From Cyanidioschyzon merolae (Eukaryota), in NCBI GenBank assembly GCA_000091205.1, contig AP006484.2: DNA of 64,000 bases. The stretch is one strand, 5' to 3'. This document shows, piece by piece, positions 41,841 to 52,700 of this stretch. The notes under the pieces were generated by a model. The model worked only from the letters and a program-made list of their open reading frames with translations, did no database searches and had not been told where the DNA came from. The position numbers and the translations under genes are program-made. Every line of letters begins with the position of its first letter. The stretch's first letter is position 1.

Positions 41841-43619
41841 CTATGCCTTTTTGACTGTTGACTCGCGCGCGAGTGCAGCGCTTCCCCGCGGATCCAGCAG
41901 AACGACATCATTGACGGTGACCGCGTGGCTGAGCACCGGGCTTCCATGCATAGCTTCCGCGTCCGTGGAAACGGGTGCCCCAGAGGCTCCACCGGCGCCG
42001 CCAAAGCGCATTGCAGCTGCTCGCCACAGACTCTGATAGAGATTTGCATAGGCCGCTCTTTCACTCTGAGTTGAGAAGAAACAAATCGTAGCTGAAGCCA
42101 TCGTCCAAGTGAAATAGCGCCATAAGCTGGCTTCTTCGGACGGTGTGCAGAGCGCCCTGTCCCAGGAAATGGCGTAAAAGTCGTAGGCCAGCCACGTGGA
42201 TGCTACCAATCGCAAAAAACTGATCATCACATAATGCTTCAAGCTCGAATCAGGGCGTGGCGAGTGCATATAACTAGCCGCGCTTATCAGCACGGACTCA
42301 CGGAGCAAAAGGCGAATGCACTGTGTGATCCACAACAACGAATACGTCGCCGCAATCATGCATTGAACGAACCCGAAGCGCAAAACGCTCGCCAATCTCG
42401 CGATGTGCTGCGTATCACCACGAAGCAGCAACTGCGACAGAAACAGAACGAATCCAAGCAAACCAAACACCAGGTTTCCCATCGCTTCCACCGCACTGGT
42501 CGTTGCCTGCTGCGCATATCGGGTGACGATTGCTCCAGCGAGGCTCACGGTCAGAAGCAACGCCAGGAACTGCAGGACGCCAACCATCAGTTGCGAAGTG
42601 AGCTGCCACCAGCTCGCGTCCCGGTTCAACCCTCGCCCGTGCAACATCGGAGGGTCCGCGGGCGCAGGCAACTGTGCGCCCAGGTGCGCGTCTCGTGTGT
42701 CGGAGGCGGTCGCTTCTAGCGCGCTGTTGATTGCAGTCGACCCGCCGTGGCCCGAAAACTCGTTACGACAATGCTGTAAAAGTGACTCGAGCGCACGCTT
42801 CTCTTCGGCGCATTCCTGTCGGGCGACGTTGACTGCCGCCTTGCAGGATGCATCGTTCTCTGTTACCCGCCATTGATCACGGGGACCGGCCGCAGCGAAA
42901 AGCGCTTGGCGCAGATCACCTGCTTGCTTTAGCAAGCTATCTCTTTCGCGGGCTACGCGACCCAGTTGGTCTTGTAGCATCAACTCTCGGTCGCGGAGCG
43001 CCTTATACTCGAATCGAAGTTCCGAAACGTTCGCAACATCGGGGTCGAAAAAAAGATTCTTGATCACAATCGATCCAACGCGGGTGTCCTTTACCAGGGA
43101 AATGATAGGCCTCTCTGGACGCTCTGTGAGGAACGCGTGCCAGTCGCCGAAACCGTAGTCCAACTCGTGTCGTCGCTCAAGCTCCGCACGTTGCTGCTCG
43201 GGCGGAAGTTTCGCCTTCTGCAAGCGAGACAGCGCTCCACGTTGTCCTTGTTCCAAGCGAGCTGAGACTGTTTCAGCCTCACTCGCTATGCCGAAAACCG
43301 TCTTGGGTAGCGTGTCGGAGCCAGTGGCACCGCGTTCACCGACGCTCGCTGGTGAGCTCCCAGTTGCTGGCAGCAACACCACAAGCAAAAGCAACAATAG
43401 GAAAGAGGTCAACGTCAAGCAGTGCCAAGATGCGGGTGTGAAAATATGTCGCGTGCGCCCAGGCTGCACCATTGGTGGGAGGCAAGACCCCGAGAACCCG
43501 CTCCTGCTGAAGAGAATGAGCTCAACAATCCAAAATCGAGTTGCGCGAAGAATTCGGCTCACGACGTCGATGATAGGCGAACAAATGGGGGCGTTGGCGG
43601 CGGCGTACCGTCCGTCCAA
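41841..43619 (-). CDS. hypothetical membrane protein: N-terminal signal/anchor, ~300-aa coiled-coil region, five C-terminal transmembrane helices (592 aa; ATG at 43478 MVQPGRTR may be the real start)
   Basis: LTLTSFLLLLLLVVLLPATG signal-like. Coiled-coil FEYKALRDRELMLQDQLGRVARERDSLLKQAGDLRQALF. TM helices MVGVLQFLALLLTVSLAGAIV, LVFGLLGFVLFLSQLLL, FGFVQCMIAATYSLLWI, VMISFLRLVASTWLAYDFYAI, YFTWTMASATICFF. No family recognised. Confidence 0.5.
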   Translation of the reverse strand: MDGRYAAANAPICSPIIDVVSRILRATRFWIVELILFSRSGFSGSCLPPMVQPGRTRHIFTPASWHCLTLTSFLLLLLLVVLLPATGSSPASVGERGATGSDTLPKTVFGIASEAETVSARLEQGQRGALSRLQKAKLPPEQQRAELERRHELDYGFGDWHAFLTERPERPIISLVKDTRVGSIVIKNLFFDPDVANVSELRFEYKALRDRELMLQDQLGRVARERDSLLKQAGDLRQALFAAAGPRDQWRVTENDASCKAAVNVARQECAEEKRALESLLQHCRNEFSGHGGSTAINSALEATASDTRDAHLGAQLPAPADPPMLHGRGLNRDASWWQLTSQLMVGVLQFLALLLTVSLAGAIVTRYAQQATTSAVEAMGNLVFGLLGFVLFLSQLLLRGDTQHIARLASVLRFGFVQCMIAATYSLLWITQCIRLLLRESVLISAASYMHSPRPDSSLKHYVMISFLRLVASTWLAYDFYAISWDRALCTPSEEASLWRYFTWTMASATICFFSTQSERAAYANLYQSLWRAAAMRFGGAGGASGAPVSTDAEAMHGSPVLSHAVTVNDVVLLDPRGSAALARESTVKKA

Positions 43620-44069
43620 ACGGTCGGTGGCAACGGATGGGCAGTGTCCAGTTTGGGCATCGACGATCTGTCAATATTGTCTAGTTGTGGGGCTATCGCA
43701 CTTGGCAGCGCATGCAGATCGCAGCGCGCGCTCAGCGGCAACACGTTTTCCTGTTCAGTTGCAGGGACGTGTTCGAAGCGCTGGTGGCGTTTTGCAGTTT
43801 AACGGCGAGAATGTTCTGCAGCTATTGTAGAATTCAGTGGAACAGATCTATGTTGCTAACGTTTGCGTACATCATCATGTTTGAGTTTCTTCTTATTGGT
43901 ATTGTCATCGCCGTTTGAGGGATATGTCTGTAACTGTTTTTTTTTTCTGGAATGAGCTGTGATCTCCAGCTTTACAGAAGCAGGTCGTTCGTTTCCCTTC
44001 AGCTCTGCTATGCGCAGTCCACGGGTGCCGATGGTAGCGATAATGTCCCGGCATTGTGGCATGCGGTTG

Positions 44070-44830
44070 TTGTCGACGCATTAGATGCACAGGCGTAAGT
44101 TGCGACCTATGCTCTGCCTGCTATTTTCATCTTATTTGTATGCATCCTCGGTGCCGTCGTCTCAACACTGACACCTGACAGCGGTCAGGTACTCTCAAGC
44201 ACCTATGGATCTGCGCCCTCCGAACGCTGCACTATGGTGCGTGAACGCCTCCTTTATCGCTCGATGCACGCCCTTGACGGGTACAGAAAGCTCTGCATCG
44301 ATGCCGTCCTCGGTTTCCGCGCCCGATGCAGTACCGTATGCTACCAGGCTTGTTCTGCTCGATACGCTCGGAGAGTACTCCGTATGTTGCACGTGCAAGC
44401 GCGCGCTGTTCCATTCCATGGAGGATCTGTGGAAGGCGACAAATCTATGACGAAATAAAGCATCAGAAGAAAAATCGAGGCTGGAGTCTATGTCGAGAAA
44501 TCGCGATCCGTGTACATGCCGCACTCGTAAAGCGATACCGCACTCTCCGCTGGATGCGGTCCGCGCGATGACTCATGCCAAAGTCCAAGAATCGTTTCGA
44601 TGCGAACCGAAAGGACGAGAGCCCGCAGTACCTTATATTATGAGAAGGATCGCGGTACTGTGGAATCCAGTCTTGTCGATGTTCACAAAGATAGGGAAAT
44701 CTGTCTTCGGAATGAAATCTATTATTTGACGCGACAAGTCCTGGGAACTCTCAGCATGAGCTTGTGAACAAGTCTTCGAAAGACAACGCGGTGCACGATC
44801 ACTCGTCAATCCAGCTGTGCGCATTGCTGT
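44070..44830 (+). repeat. dispersed ~750-bp repeat family, copy C
   Basis: Starts gttgtcgacgcattagatgcacagg. Internal cttgacgggtacagaaagctctgcatcgatgcc..gtttccgcgcccgatgcagtaccg. gtcgagaaatcgcgatcc. Ends catgagcttgtgaacaagtcttcgaaagacaacgcggtgcacgatcactcgtcaatccagctgtgcgc. Colinear with copy D at roughly 70-80% identity. Confidence 0.55.
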
Positions 44831-45585
44831 GCGCTCCAGTTGCCTTGAACTACAAAGATCTTAATCTTGAAGAATCTCTGATTTGGGCATGATACATGTA
44901 CGGAAGGCAGAATAGTCGAGGCCTGCACACATCTATGTCAGTGAAACAAGAACGCTTTACGAGCATGGAGGGAAAATATATATTCACTCACAGAGGCCTT
45001 CGAATCTTCTTCAACCGGCGGCCTGCTTTCTGTTTCAGCTTCTCCTGACTCACTTCGAGCTTCAGAGGCTGCCCCATAAGATTGGATCGCGTAAGCTCAT
45101 CGGGTCTCGTCTCCAGCACCGCATATCATCTGAGCCTGATGGCGGCGTTGAAGTCACAATTCATGAACTCCATGCGTCCGCTGCAGCCGGTTGAACGCCT
45201 CAATGCATGGATTGATAGAACACGTGCCCTCTGCGTCACCATAGTCCCGCCACCTGCTTCTTCTACTGCTTCGTCAGCTGCTCTTCCTCGCATGATCGTC
45301 CGTGAGAAGAGCATGTTTTTGTTTATCTTCCAGAAGCTGGCGGTGATGGACCTCCAGGATTCCCAACTTTCACGTCCGTACCTTTCCCTTAGATATTGTA
45401 CTCTGAAAATAAACGCAGTTTGAATGCGTCTGCTATAAACGGAGAAAAAGCATTTGATGACATGCACTTGACTGTGGAACGCAATGGAGGTGAAAGGCTC
45501 TAAAAACGGTTCGTGAAAAATCGCAATGGCACCAACGGAGCGCTCGATCCTGTGTCCCAAAGTAACTTGATACGGTGCAGAACTG

Positions 45586-46653
45586 ATGACGCGCCTTTAT
45601 GGCGGAAAACTGGGACTTGAGCTTTGTTTCCAGAGCTACCTCGGCAGTGGCTTTGCCTTGCCTAGCACTTTCGAAAAGAGGCCAGTGCAGTGCTGTGGTC
45701 AACCTGGAAAGACGACTCGGAAGCTGCTCCAGTCTCGTGTACGACGAACTAGGACGACTCAGGCTCGCCGCGGACCACACGGACAGTGGCCCGACAATCG
45801 ACTAGCAGAGTTTGCGACCAAGTCAGGTAAGCAGCGCCCCATCTTTGTTCCAGTCGCTTCAGCTGTGCCGCCAGCACCGGAATACGCCGTCCCGGGCACG
45901 GTCTATCTCGTGGGGGCCGGCCCCGGCGCCTACGAGCTGCTCACGCTACGGGCGTGCAGCCTGCTACGCACAGCCGACGTGGTTCTATACGATGATCTCG
46001 CCCAGGGCTTGATAAGCGAAGAACTTTGGAATCGCTTGAATCGTAACAATCCGCCATCGCTAACGCTTTGTGTCGGCAAGCAAAGGTACAAGCAGCGCGA
46101 AATCAATGAGTTGATGGTGCATCAAGCCAAGAACCTGAACCGAAGTGTGCTACGCCTGAAGTGCGGTGATCCCAGTCTCTTTGGCCGTTTGCACGAGGAA
46201 GTCGCCGCATTACGCGAGTCCCAGATCCCTTACGTGGTGGTTCCCGGTGTGTCGTCGTGTACGGCGGCACCGATCGCAGCGGGGATTTTTCTCACGGAAC
46301 GGCAACACGGACGCAGTGTGTTGTTGCTCAGCGGCCATGACGCTTCAGAGATTCCATATGAAGCAGCCGCTTGCGCTGCGGACACGCTTGTGCTCCTCAT
46401 GGTCGGCAGGAATTTAAGTGCTGTGGCTGCAAGGCTCCTCGACCAGCTGTCGCCCAATGTGCCCGTGGCGCTCTGTAGCACAGTCGATGGCCTTCAGTGG
46501 AGAGGCACGCTTCAGGCGGCGGCCACTGGCGAGGCTACACAATTTCTTGTAGATGCAAAAACAGGAGAACTAAGGACAACAGTCGCAGTCATCGGAGCAG
46601 TTGTTCAGGACATCACTAGTCCCGGCCAAATCGCGGGCGTGTTTCAGACATGA
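45586..46653 (+). CDS. uroporphyrinogen-III C-methyltransferase (sirohaem/cobalamin branch; CobA / Met1 / UPM1-like) with ~100-aa N-terminal extension
   Basis: VYLVGAGPGAYELLTLRACSLLRTADVVLYDDL, GKQRYKQREINELMV, VLRLKCGDPSLFGRLHEEV, IPYVVVPGVSSCTAAPIAAGIFLT. These are the classic SUMT / tetrapyrrole methylase motifs. Confidence 0.8.
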   Translation: MTRLYGGKLGLELCFQSYLGSGFALPSTFEKRPVQCCGQPGKTTRKLLQSRVRRTRTTQARRGPHGQWPDNRLAEFATKSGKQRPIFVPVASAVPPAPEYAVPGTVYLVGAGPGAYELLTLRACSLLRTADVVLYDDLAQGLISEELWNRLNRNNPPSLTLCVGKQRYKQREINELMVHQAKNLNRSVLRLKCGDPSLFGRLHEEVAALRESQIPYVVVPGVSSCTAAPIAAGIFLTERQHGRSVLLLSGHDASEIPYEAAACAADTLVLLMVGRNLSAVAARLLDQLSPNVPVALCSTVDGLQWRGTLQAAATGEATQFLVDAKTGELRTTVAVIGAVVQDITSPGQIAGVFQT

Positions 46654-47351
46654 GGCTGTCGTCGGGCATTGCATCTGCAGAAGAGGGCTCCAACGGGTGA
46701 ATTTACCATTTTGCGAACCGATTGGTGGCAAATGCCGCATTCTGCAACCAAAGGAGTGGCTCCGGAGCTTTCGCAAGAGAATATGCCATATAGCGTACCG
46801 ATTCTTGGGGAATTGTGCGCCCGGCAACACAAAGCGTTACCGGGACGCGGATCAAGCATATCCCGGGACCGGAGCTGCCCAATAGTTGGGAGCATCATTA
46901 TAGGCTTCTGCGAGAATAGTGGTTGCTCGTCAAATTTGGGGAATATGGGAACGGGGTGGTGCAGACACTGGTTCAGGTACCTGTCGAGTTCGCGAATCGT
47001 GCCTCTCTGAGGCGCGTTCATTGCCAAGCCGGGAATACTCGTTTTCAAGGACGAAACATCGAGTTTATCTGTAGCAATTGCAAAGCATTCAAACCTGTTC
47101 GGATGATTGTAACGCTGCCGCGCATGCGCCTGTTGGCTGTAGGTCGCCACTTGCAGTATCTGCGCAGAAAATAGAGCCCAAACACGAGATGCACTCGGAG
47201 CATGCGGGTGTGCTCGTAATCCGAGTCGTCCTATTGAACGAGCGCAGTGTGTGATTGCAAGTCGCCACTCTGAGGACTGAGCTGCCCTCGGGCGGGATGG
47301 ATTGAACGACGCCAAGTTTCGCTCGTTGAAGTCCTTGTTGTTTTGACGCAT
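46644..47351 (-). CDS. hypothetical protein (235 aa), convergent with and overlapping the 3' end of the methyltransferase gene by 10 nt
   Basis: Complete ORF, moderately GC-rich, with no recognisable motifs. It is kept only as a candidate. Confidence 0.2.
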   Translation of the reverse strand: MRQNNKDFNERNLASFNPSRPRAAQSSEWRLAITHCARSIGRLGLRAHPHAPSASRVWALFSAQILQVATYSQQAHARQRYNHPNRFECFAIATDKLDVSSLKTSIPGLAMNAPQRGTIRELDRYLNQCLHHPVPIFPKFDEQPLFSQKPIMMLPTIGQLRSRDMLDPRPGNALCCRAHNSPRIGTLYGIFSCESSGATPLVAECGICHQSVRKMVNSPVGALFCRCNARRQPHV

Positions 47352-47385
47352 TAGATTCTTCTGCGTGGTGCGAGCGCTGTTCTTG
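47341..47385 (+). repeat. possible miniature copy of the dispersed repeat family, with start and end motifs fused
   Basis: ttttgacgcattagat shares the 12-mer gacgcattagat with the copy C start tgtcgacgcattagatgcacagg. It is followed at once by tctgcgtggtgcgagcgctg, which resembles the family end motif cgagcggtgcgaaacactgcgc / cagctgtgcgcattgctgtgcgc. Confidence 0.2.
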
Positions 47386-49437
47386 CAAAATACCGAGAAT
47401 GCGAACCAGTGCTCGCCAGGCGCTTGCGTCTCGCTGCGGACCCCTGACGGAGACGATCTCGATGTGTAAAGTGAATGCTTGCAGCATAGACAGCTCTAGA
47501 CGCGAGTATGGAGAAATAAGCGACAAGACCTACAAACCTACTTGAACCCAAAGCGATCGTTCATCGATCAACCGATCATTCAGTGTGACGGGGGTATCTA
47601 TACGGCATGCGTTACTGATTTCTTCGACCCCGAGGTGCTGCCTGCTCAAAAGCCAACGAAACATCTGATCTTATGGGTAATGACGTGCACGCTTTTTTCG
47701 GGAAATATACTTCTTTATGTATGTGAGCGCATTCAAACTGGAGGCACGCCACAGGAAAAGCGATGTCGCAGAGAGTGCGCCAGCGCACAAAAGTGTCCAC
47801 GAAAAGTGCACGCTGCGCGATGTTCTCATGGTGCACGATCCATGATTCCAGACCGGACTCACCCAGAGTGGCAACCTCGCCGAAATATCAGGCTAGGCTC
47901 CACTGTTTCTACCCGGATGCTTCTACATCCGTCCAGCGCCAGGCCGGTATCTGATCAGAATCAGGTCATGGGGAGGACAGCAACGTGTGCATTGCGTTGG
48001 GGGCAAGCATTCACGGTAGCCTGCAGCAATAGGGGATGCTGCAGGATGCATACATCCAAAACAACTCCTCCTCATAGGCGAATGCCGTCCCCAACTAGGA
48101 GACAACTCCCAGATCGTTCAACGACTCTTTCGCGTTCAAGCAAACCCCGCGCTGTTCTCCACTACGAAACAATGGCTTGATCGAGCCAGCGACCTGCTGT
48201 GAGCGGGAATCGGTGCGGACTCCCAAGGTGGCACCCAATACGTCATAGCGCAAGTCGTCGGGCGAAAGGACGGCGTTGCCAGCTTCCCCAACGCGTCAAC
48301 TCGAAGCTATGCGCGATTCTGCATGCACTGACTGCAGAGATCCGTCGCTTTCTCGGAGCCTCGACCAGGAGGAAAATGCTTCTCCGAGCTCGATGGTATA
48401 CCGGAGAATACGGACGAAGGTCTGGGAACTTGTCGTGAGCAATGCCGAGAAAACAGCAAAGGTTCTCTCGTTGCTCCCACTGTCTTGCCGCTTTTGACGG
48501 AGCAGCGACATCCTTATCTGGATACAAACCCCCGAGCAGTCACCACACGCGTTGCTGCGGGCTTCTGTTTTGAGCCAATCCTATGAGAGGAAATCACCTC
48601 GCTCCCATGACCAGCACCTCCGTTGGGTACTGCACACGGCATGTGATGTGTTGCTGTATGGCGTTCGCGCCTGCCCTAGCCAGGCTGCCTCTTCACCAGA
48701 AGGGACAAAAGTGTACCACACAATGTTCGGGCCATCGAACCGCATACCGTTCCATTCTTTTGCTTTTTTTCTGATCGTGAGTTCGTATGAGCGTTTAGAG
48801 GAACCGTGGGATCCCCAAAAGCGCAATGATTATCGGCATCCGGGAAAGTGTTCACCATGCAGCCTCATTCGCTTCAGAGTCATGAGCCATCACCATCCAT
48901 TTTGCCGTTCTGGATCATGGTTCGTTCATATGATCCTCCGGGTACCGAGTGCCTTCCGTGTGCGTCCACGACGACGCCTGTAGCGGATATGCGCGGACTA
49001 GGCACATGGAGAAGGCCCAGCTTTTTCAGGCGGCCGCATCGATGAGGCAGGTGCGCCCAGCAGCCGATCGCTGTGGCAACGCGTCTCCTCAGGAAATTCA
49101 AATCGAGACGCAGTCGACGGGTGCGGACTTCGACACCCGCCGCCTGCAGACCGCGTCGGTTGCGATGCGTTCGCAGCGGCAGAGCGTTCGCTGCTGCCTC
49201 CAGGACGTGTGTTCATAAACTCGGGTCGAGGAAACTTGCAGTTGGGGCGCCCTGGGGTGGAAAACAGTTGTTTTGAAAAGTTTATAACCGTGGGTGTAAG
49301 TGCCGGCAGGGTCATCACTGACAGGTCTCGCAGGGGGCTTTGCAGCCGTTCCCAGTTCCGAGTAAGCCCGTTAGCAGGGACGCATCTGGTGCCTGCGGTG
49401 CGGTAGCGCTAGCGAAAACCCAGACAAGCAGGCATCT

Positions 49438-50232
49438 GTGCGCATTGATCATCTCTGTATGATGTCCCCTGTTTACTTGGGGTTTTTTGCCGCGTTCCCT
49501 GCGGTAACGATGCTGATAGACCTTTCAGTGCTGCTGCCCGGGCAGTGGCCGCCGCACGCGCTCGGTGCGCTGCGCAGCACACTCCACTGGTGGACGAGCA
49601 CCCACGACCCGCTCATGGGCCAAGCCCCTGTGTGGTTCAAAGCTATGACACTTGTAGAGGTTGCGATCATTCCTGGCTACAGTGCGCTCGCACTACGGTC
49701 CCTGGTCCGCAACTCATACCCGCCGTGGATGGTGCCGCTCACATTTATCTTTTCGACAGTTTGCGTCTACTCTGTGTTGCTCCTGGCCGCCGAAAATATC
49801 TATGGCCTGAAGCGGAACCTTCTGGACAAGGACGGGACGCCATGGTTGCTCGCGTATGCACCATTTGTGCTCATCCCGATGCTGTGGAGCAGGCACGTGC
49901 TGCAAGCAGTGGCGAATCACGGCAGGGCTGCGCCACCGGCCAAGGTACTCGCAGATCTTTCGAAGCGTCGCACGAACCGATCGACTGCTGGGCGAAAGGT
50001 GGAAGCGAATACACACACTGTAGCAAGGGAGCGCAGGAAAAAATCTCCCGCGTCTCTCACAAGCTCAACGAACACTGAGTCGAGCCATCGAGTAACACCC
50101 ACTGTACAAGAGGCTCGCTTGCTTGTCGGCGAGGCCGACATGCGGACTCCCATAACGACCCGCAGTGGAGCACAGGCCCGCAGAGCTCGTCGGAAAACGG
50201 CTGACGTTCCCGATACACACCAAGGAGCCTGA
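49438..50232 (+). CDS. TMEM97: TMEM97 / sigma-2 receptor-like EXPERA-domain membrane protein with basic C-terminal extension (264 aa)
   Basis: LIDLSVLLPGQWPPHALGALRSTLHWWTSTHDPLMGQAPVWFKAMTLVEVAI..AYAPFVLIPML is colinear with TMEM97 [63 protein letters not shown]. Four TM helices. Confidence 0.65.
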   Translation: MRIDHLCMMSPVYLGFFAAFPAVTMLIDLSVLLPGQWPPHALGALRSTLHWWTSTHDPLMGQAPVWFKAMTLVEVAIIPGYSALALRSLVRNSYPPWMVPLTFIFSTVCVYSVLLLAAENIYGLKRNLLDKDGTPWLLAYAPFVLIPMLWSRHVLQAVANHGRAAPPAKVLADLSKRRTNRSTAGRKVEANTHTVARERRKKSPASLTSSTNTESSHRVTPTVQEARLLVGEADMRTPITTRSGAQARRARRKTADVPDTHQGA

Positions 50233-51039
50233 ATGCACCAGGCCATCGTAAGACGAACAGGACGCGTCGAGCACTGCGCAGTATAGGCGTTGCGTCGTGG
50301 ATGGAGCATGCTGCACGTTTGATCTTTTGTTCGCTACCAGACCATCGCAGGGCAGGTTCCAGAACGCACCACGATACACGCGAGCTGTATGAATGGGTTC
50401 CGAAGCCACGCACTGCTTTTTTTGGGAAATCTGGACCCCGAGAGAGCACTTTCGGTGCAGTGCTGCAGTACGACGTCTAGATTTGGAGTCTGCTGAAAGC
50501 TCAGCGCATCTAGCACAGGCACTTGTAAACTTTTCAAAGAAGTTTCATTTGCAAACATAAAGGCTGGCTTGCTCGACGGCATGAACTCTGGGCAAGGAGC
50601 TTCTGTGGATGAATGTGCCGTGTTCGGTCCTCAAAGTTGCTGATAGGGCAAAGTGCCGCAAACTTGCTTCCCTACCTTAATGAAAACGTGAAACTGCATC
50701 AAAATTACGGAGGGAAACGTCCACTCGCATGGCCCTCCGCGCTGCCGCGTGAAGCTCATGGTGTCCGTGCGATCGATTCTCGGGGCTCGAAATTCATTTC
50801 AGACCAAAACGGATCTGGTACCCGTAACAAATACGAGTCTAAGCACTAAAGTTTGGATCGCTTTCCACTGTAACCAACACCAACCGTCGCGAAATTTATC
50901 TGTGACTGTTTACTTTTCCTCTCTCGGATCACAGTCCTTGAATAAGTTGGTTACTCCATTTTGCTCCAAGCTCCTTTGCTAGCAAGCGAAGCATGGTGAT
51001 GTCAGCGTAAAAGTCTCGATTTCATTGCGTCCGGTTGAT

Positions 51040-51800
51040 GTCGACGCATTTGATGCGCAGGCAAATATCGCGGTCAACGCATCGCTTGCGATTTCCATCT
51101 TCTTTGTCTACAGCGAACGTGCTCCCTTCCGACCGGTGACATATGGTTGTGGTCAGGTGATCGGATGTTTCCAGGAAACCGCGTCCTCCGAGGGCTGTTC
51201 TGTTGCTCTTCATAGCCTGCATCATCGCTCAGTACAAGCTCTTGACGAGTACAGAAGGCTCTCCCCGATGCCATGCACTGTTTCCGCGCCCGGTGCCATA
51301 CCCTAGAATCACGAGCTTCTTCTCTGAAATGCTGTTTGCGCGTACCCTCATTGCTGGACAAGCAGGCGGAAGCTGTTCCATTAGATACAGGATTTGTGGG
51401 ACGCAATCTTGCTTATGAAGAAAATGTGCTGGAAAGAAGACTCAGGGTGCAGAACAAGTCGAGAAATTTCATATCGTAAACTCTATTTTCATGCAAAGCG
51501 TCAACACATGCTCCTCTGGAAGCGATCGACGCGATAACAGAATTCCGTATCCAAGACTGGTCTGCATGCAAACACAAGTGACGGGAGCCTCTGGGAGCAT
51601 ATCTCTCGGGAAAAATATCTTGCTGCTTTTCAATGCCGTTTCGTGGATGGCCGCAGATAAAGGAGGATTTGTCTGCGAAACGGGATCCATCATTTGACGT
51701 TACAGGTTCAGCAGAATTCCGGCATGAGCTTGTGAACAAGTCGTCGAGGTACGACAACGCGTTTTTCCATCGTCAATCGAGCGGTGCGAAACACTGCGCC
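51040..51800 (+). repeat. dispersed ~750-bp repeat family, copy D
   Basis: Starts gttgatgtcgacgcatttgatgcgcaggc. Internal cttgacgagtacagaaggctctccccgatgccatgcactgtttccgcgcccggtgccatacc. ggtgcagaacaagtcgagaaat. Ends catgagcttgtgaacaagtcgtcgaggtacgacaacgcgtttttccatcgtcaatcgagcggtgcg. Confidence 0.55.
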
Positions 51801-52700
51801 TACGAATTGTCCTGAATCAGTAACATCCATAATTTGAAGTCAGCGTCCTCTTAGGATGCGCTACATAAAGAACGGAGAATAGTTGAGGCTTGCACGCATG
51901 AATGAAATTACGATATCGGGTAGGTTACGATTGTATATGCGATGGCATCGCCAGTTACCCTGAATCCGGTGAGGTAACGAAACCTGCCTGCAAAGCGTCG
52001 AACGTATCACTCCATAAATATGACCTAGAATCCTGTAATGAAACAAGCATCCAGAAGCTTTCTTTGTTAGTTTCCGAATTTCCGAGCCGTCCAGTTACTA
52101 AATATTTGGAAAGTCTCGATAAGCACGAGTGGAGCGGACAGTTCAGTGTTCCACTTGAATCTGACCCACATGCAGCAACAATGTCGGATGCCGAACGCAC
52201 ACAAAATCGCATGGAGTGTTGCCCCCATGAAGCAGCGCCTTCCAGCATCGCCACGAACTGCAACCTAGAAATACTAGCGCTTTGGCGATGCCTGCGTTTG
52301 GCCAGCCCTGTCACGAGTTGTCAAGTGCTGGACCTGATGCTTTCGACGTCCAGGTCGCCGCCTCGGAGCCGTGTGTGTCGAGCTTGGAGTGCCCGTGAGA
52401 GTCTCGACATTGCAGTGCGAGTCGCACAGTATTTGCCGACGCCCTATACGACTTAACTGTCCGAGCCACAATATCTCAGATGGACTGCAGCGGCTCGGGC
52501 AGGCGTCTCTGTTCTCCATGCATAGGTGAAGAAAGGCGGCATCGGCAGCGTCCGCAACGCTGACGAGGCATGGCGTCGGCGACATTTCCCACTCTCTGCC
52601 TGCTTATGCAATGACTGAAGTCTTTCACCTGTTCATGAACTCGTGCGACCCTGAGCCGATATCAGTTTTTATTCGATATTCTGATCAGGCTTGAACGTAA

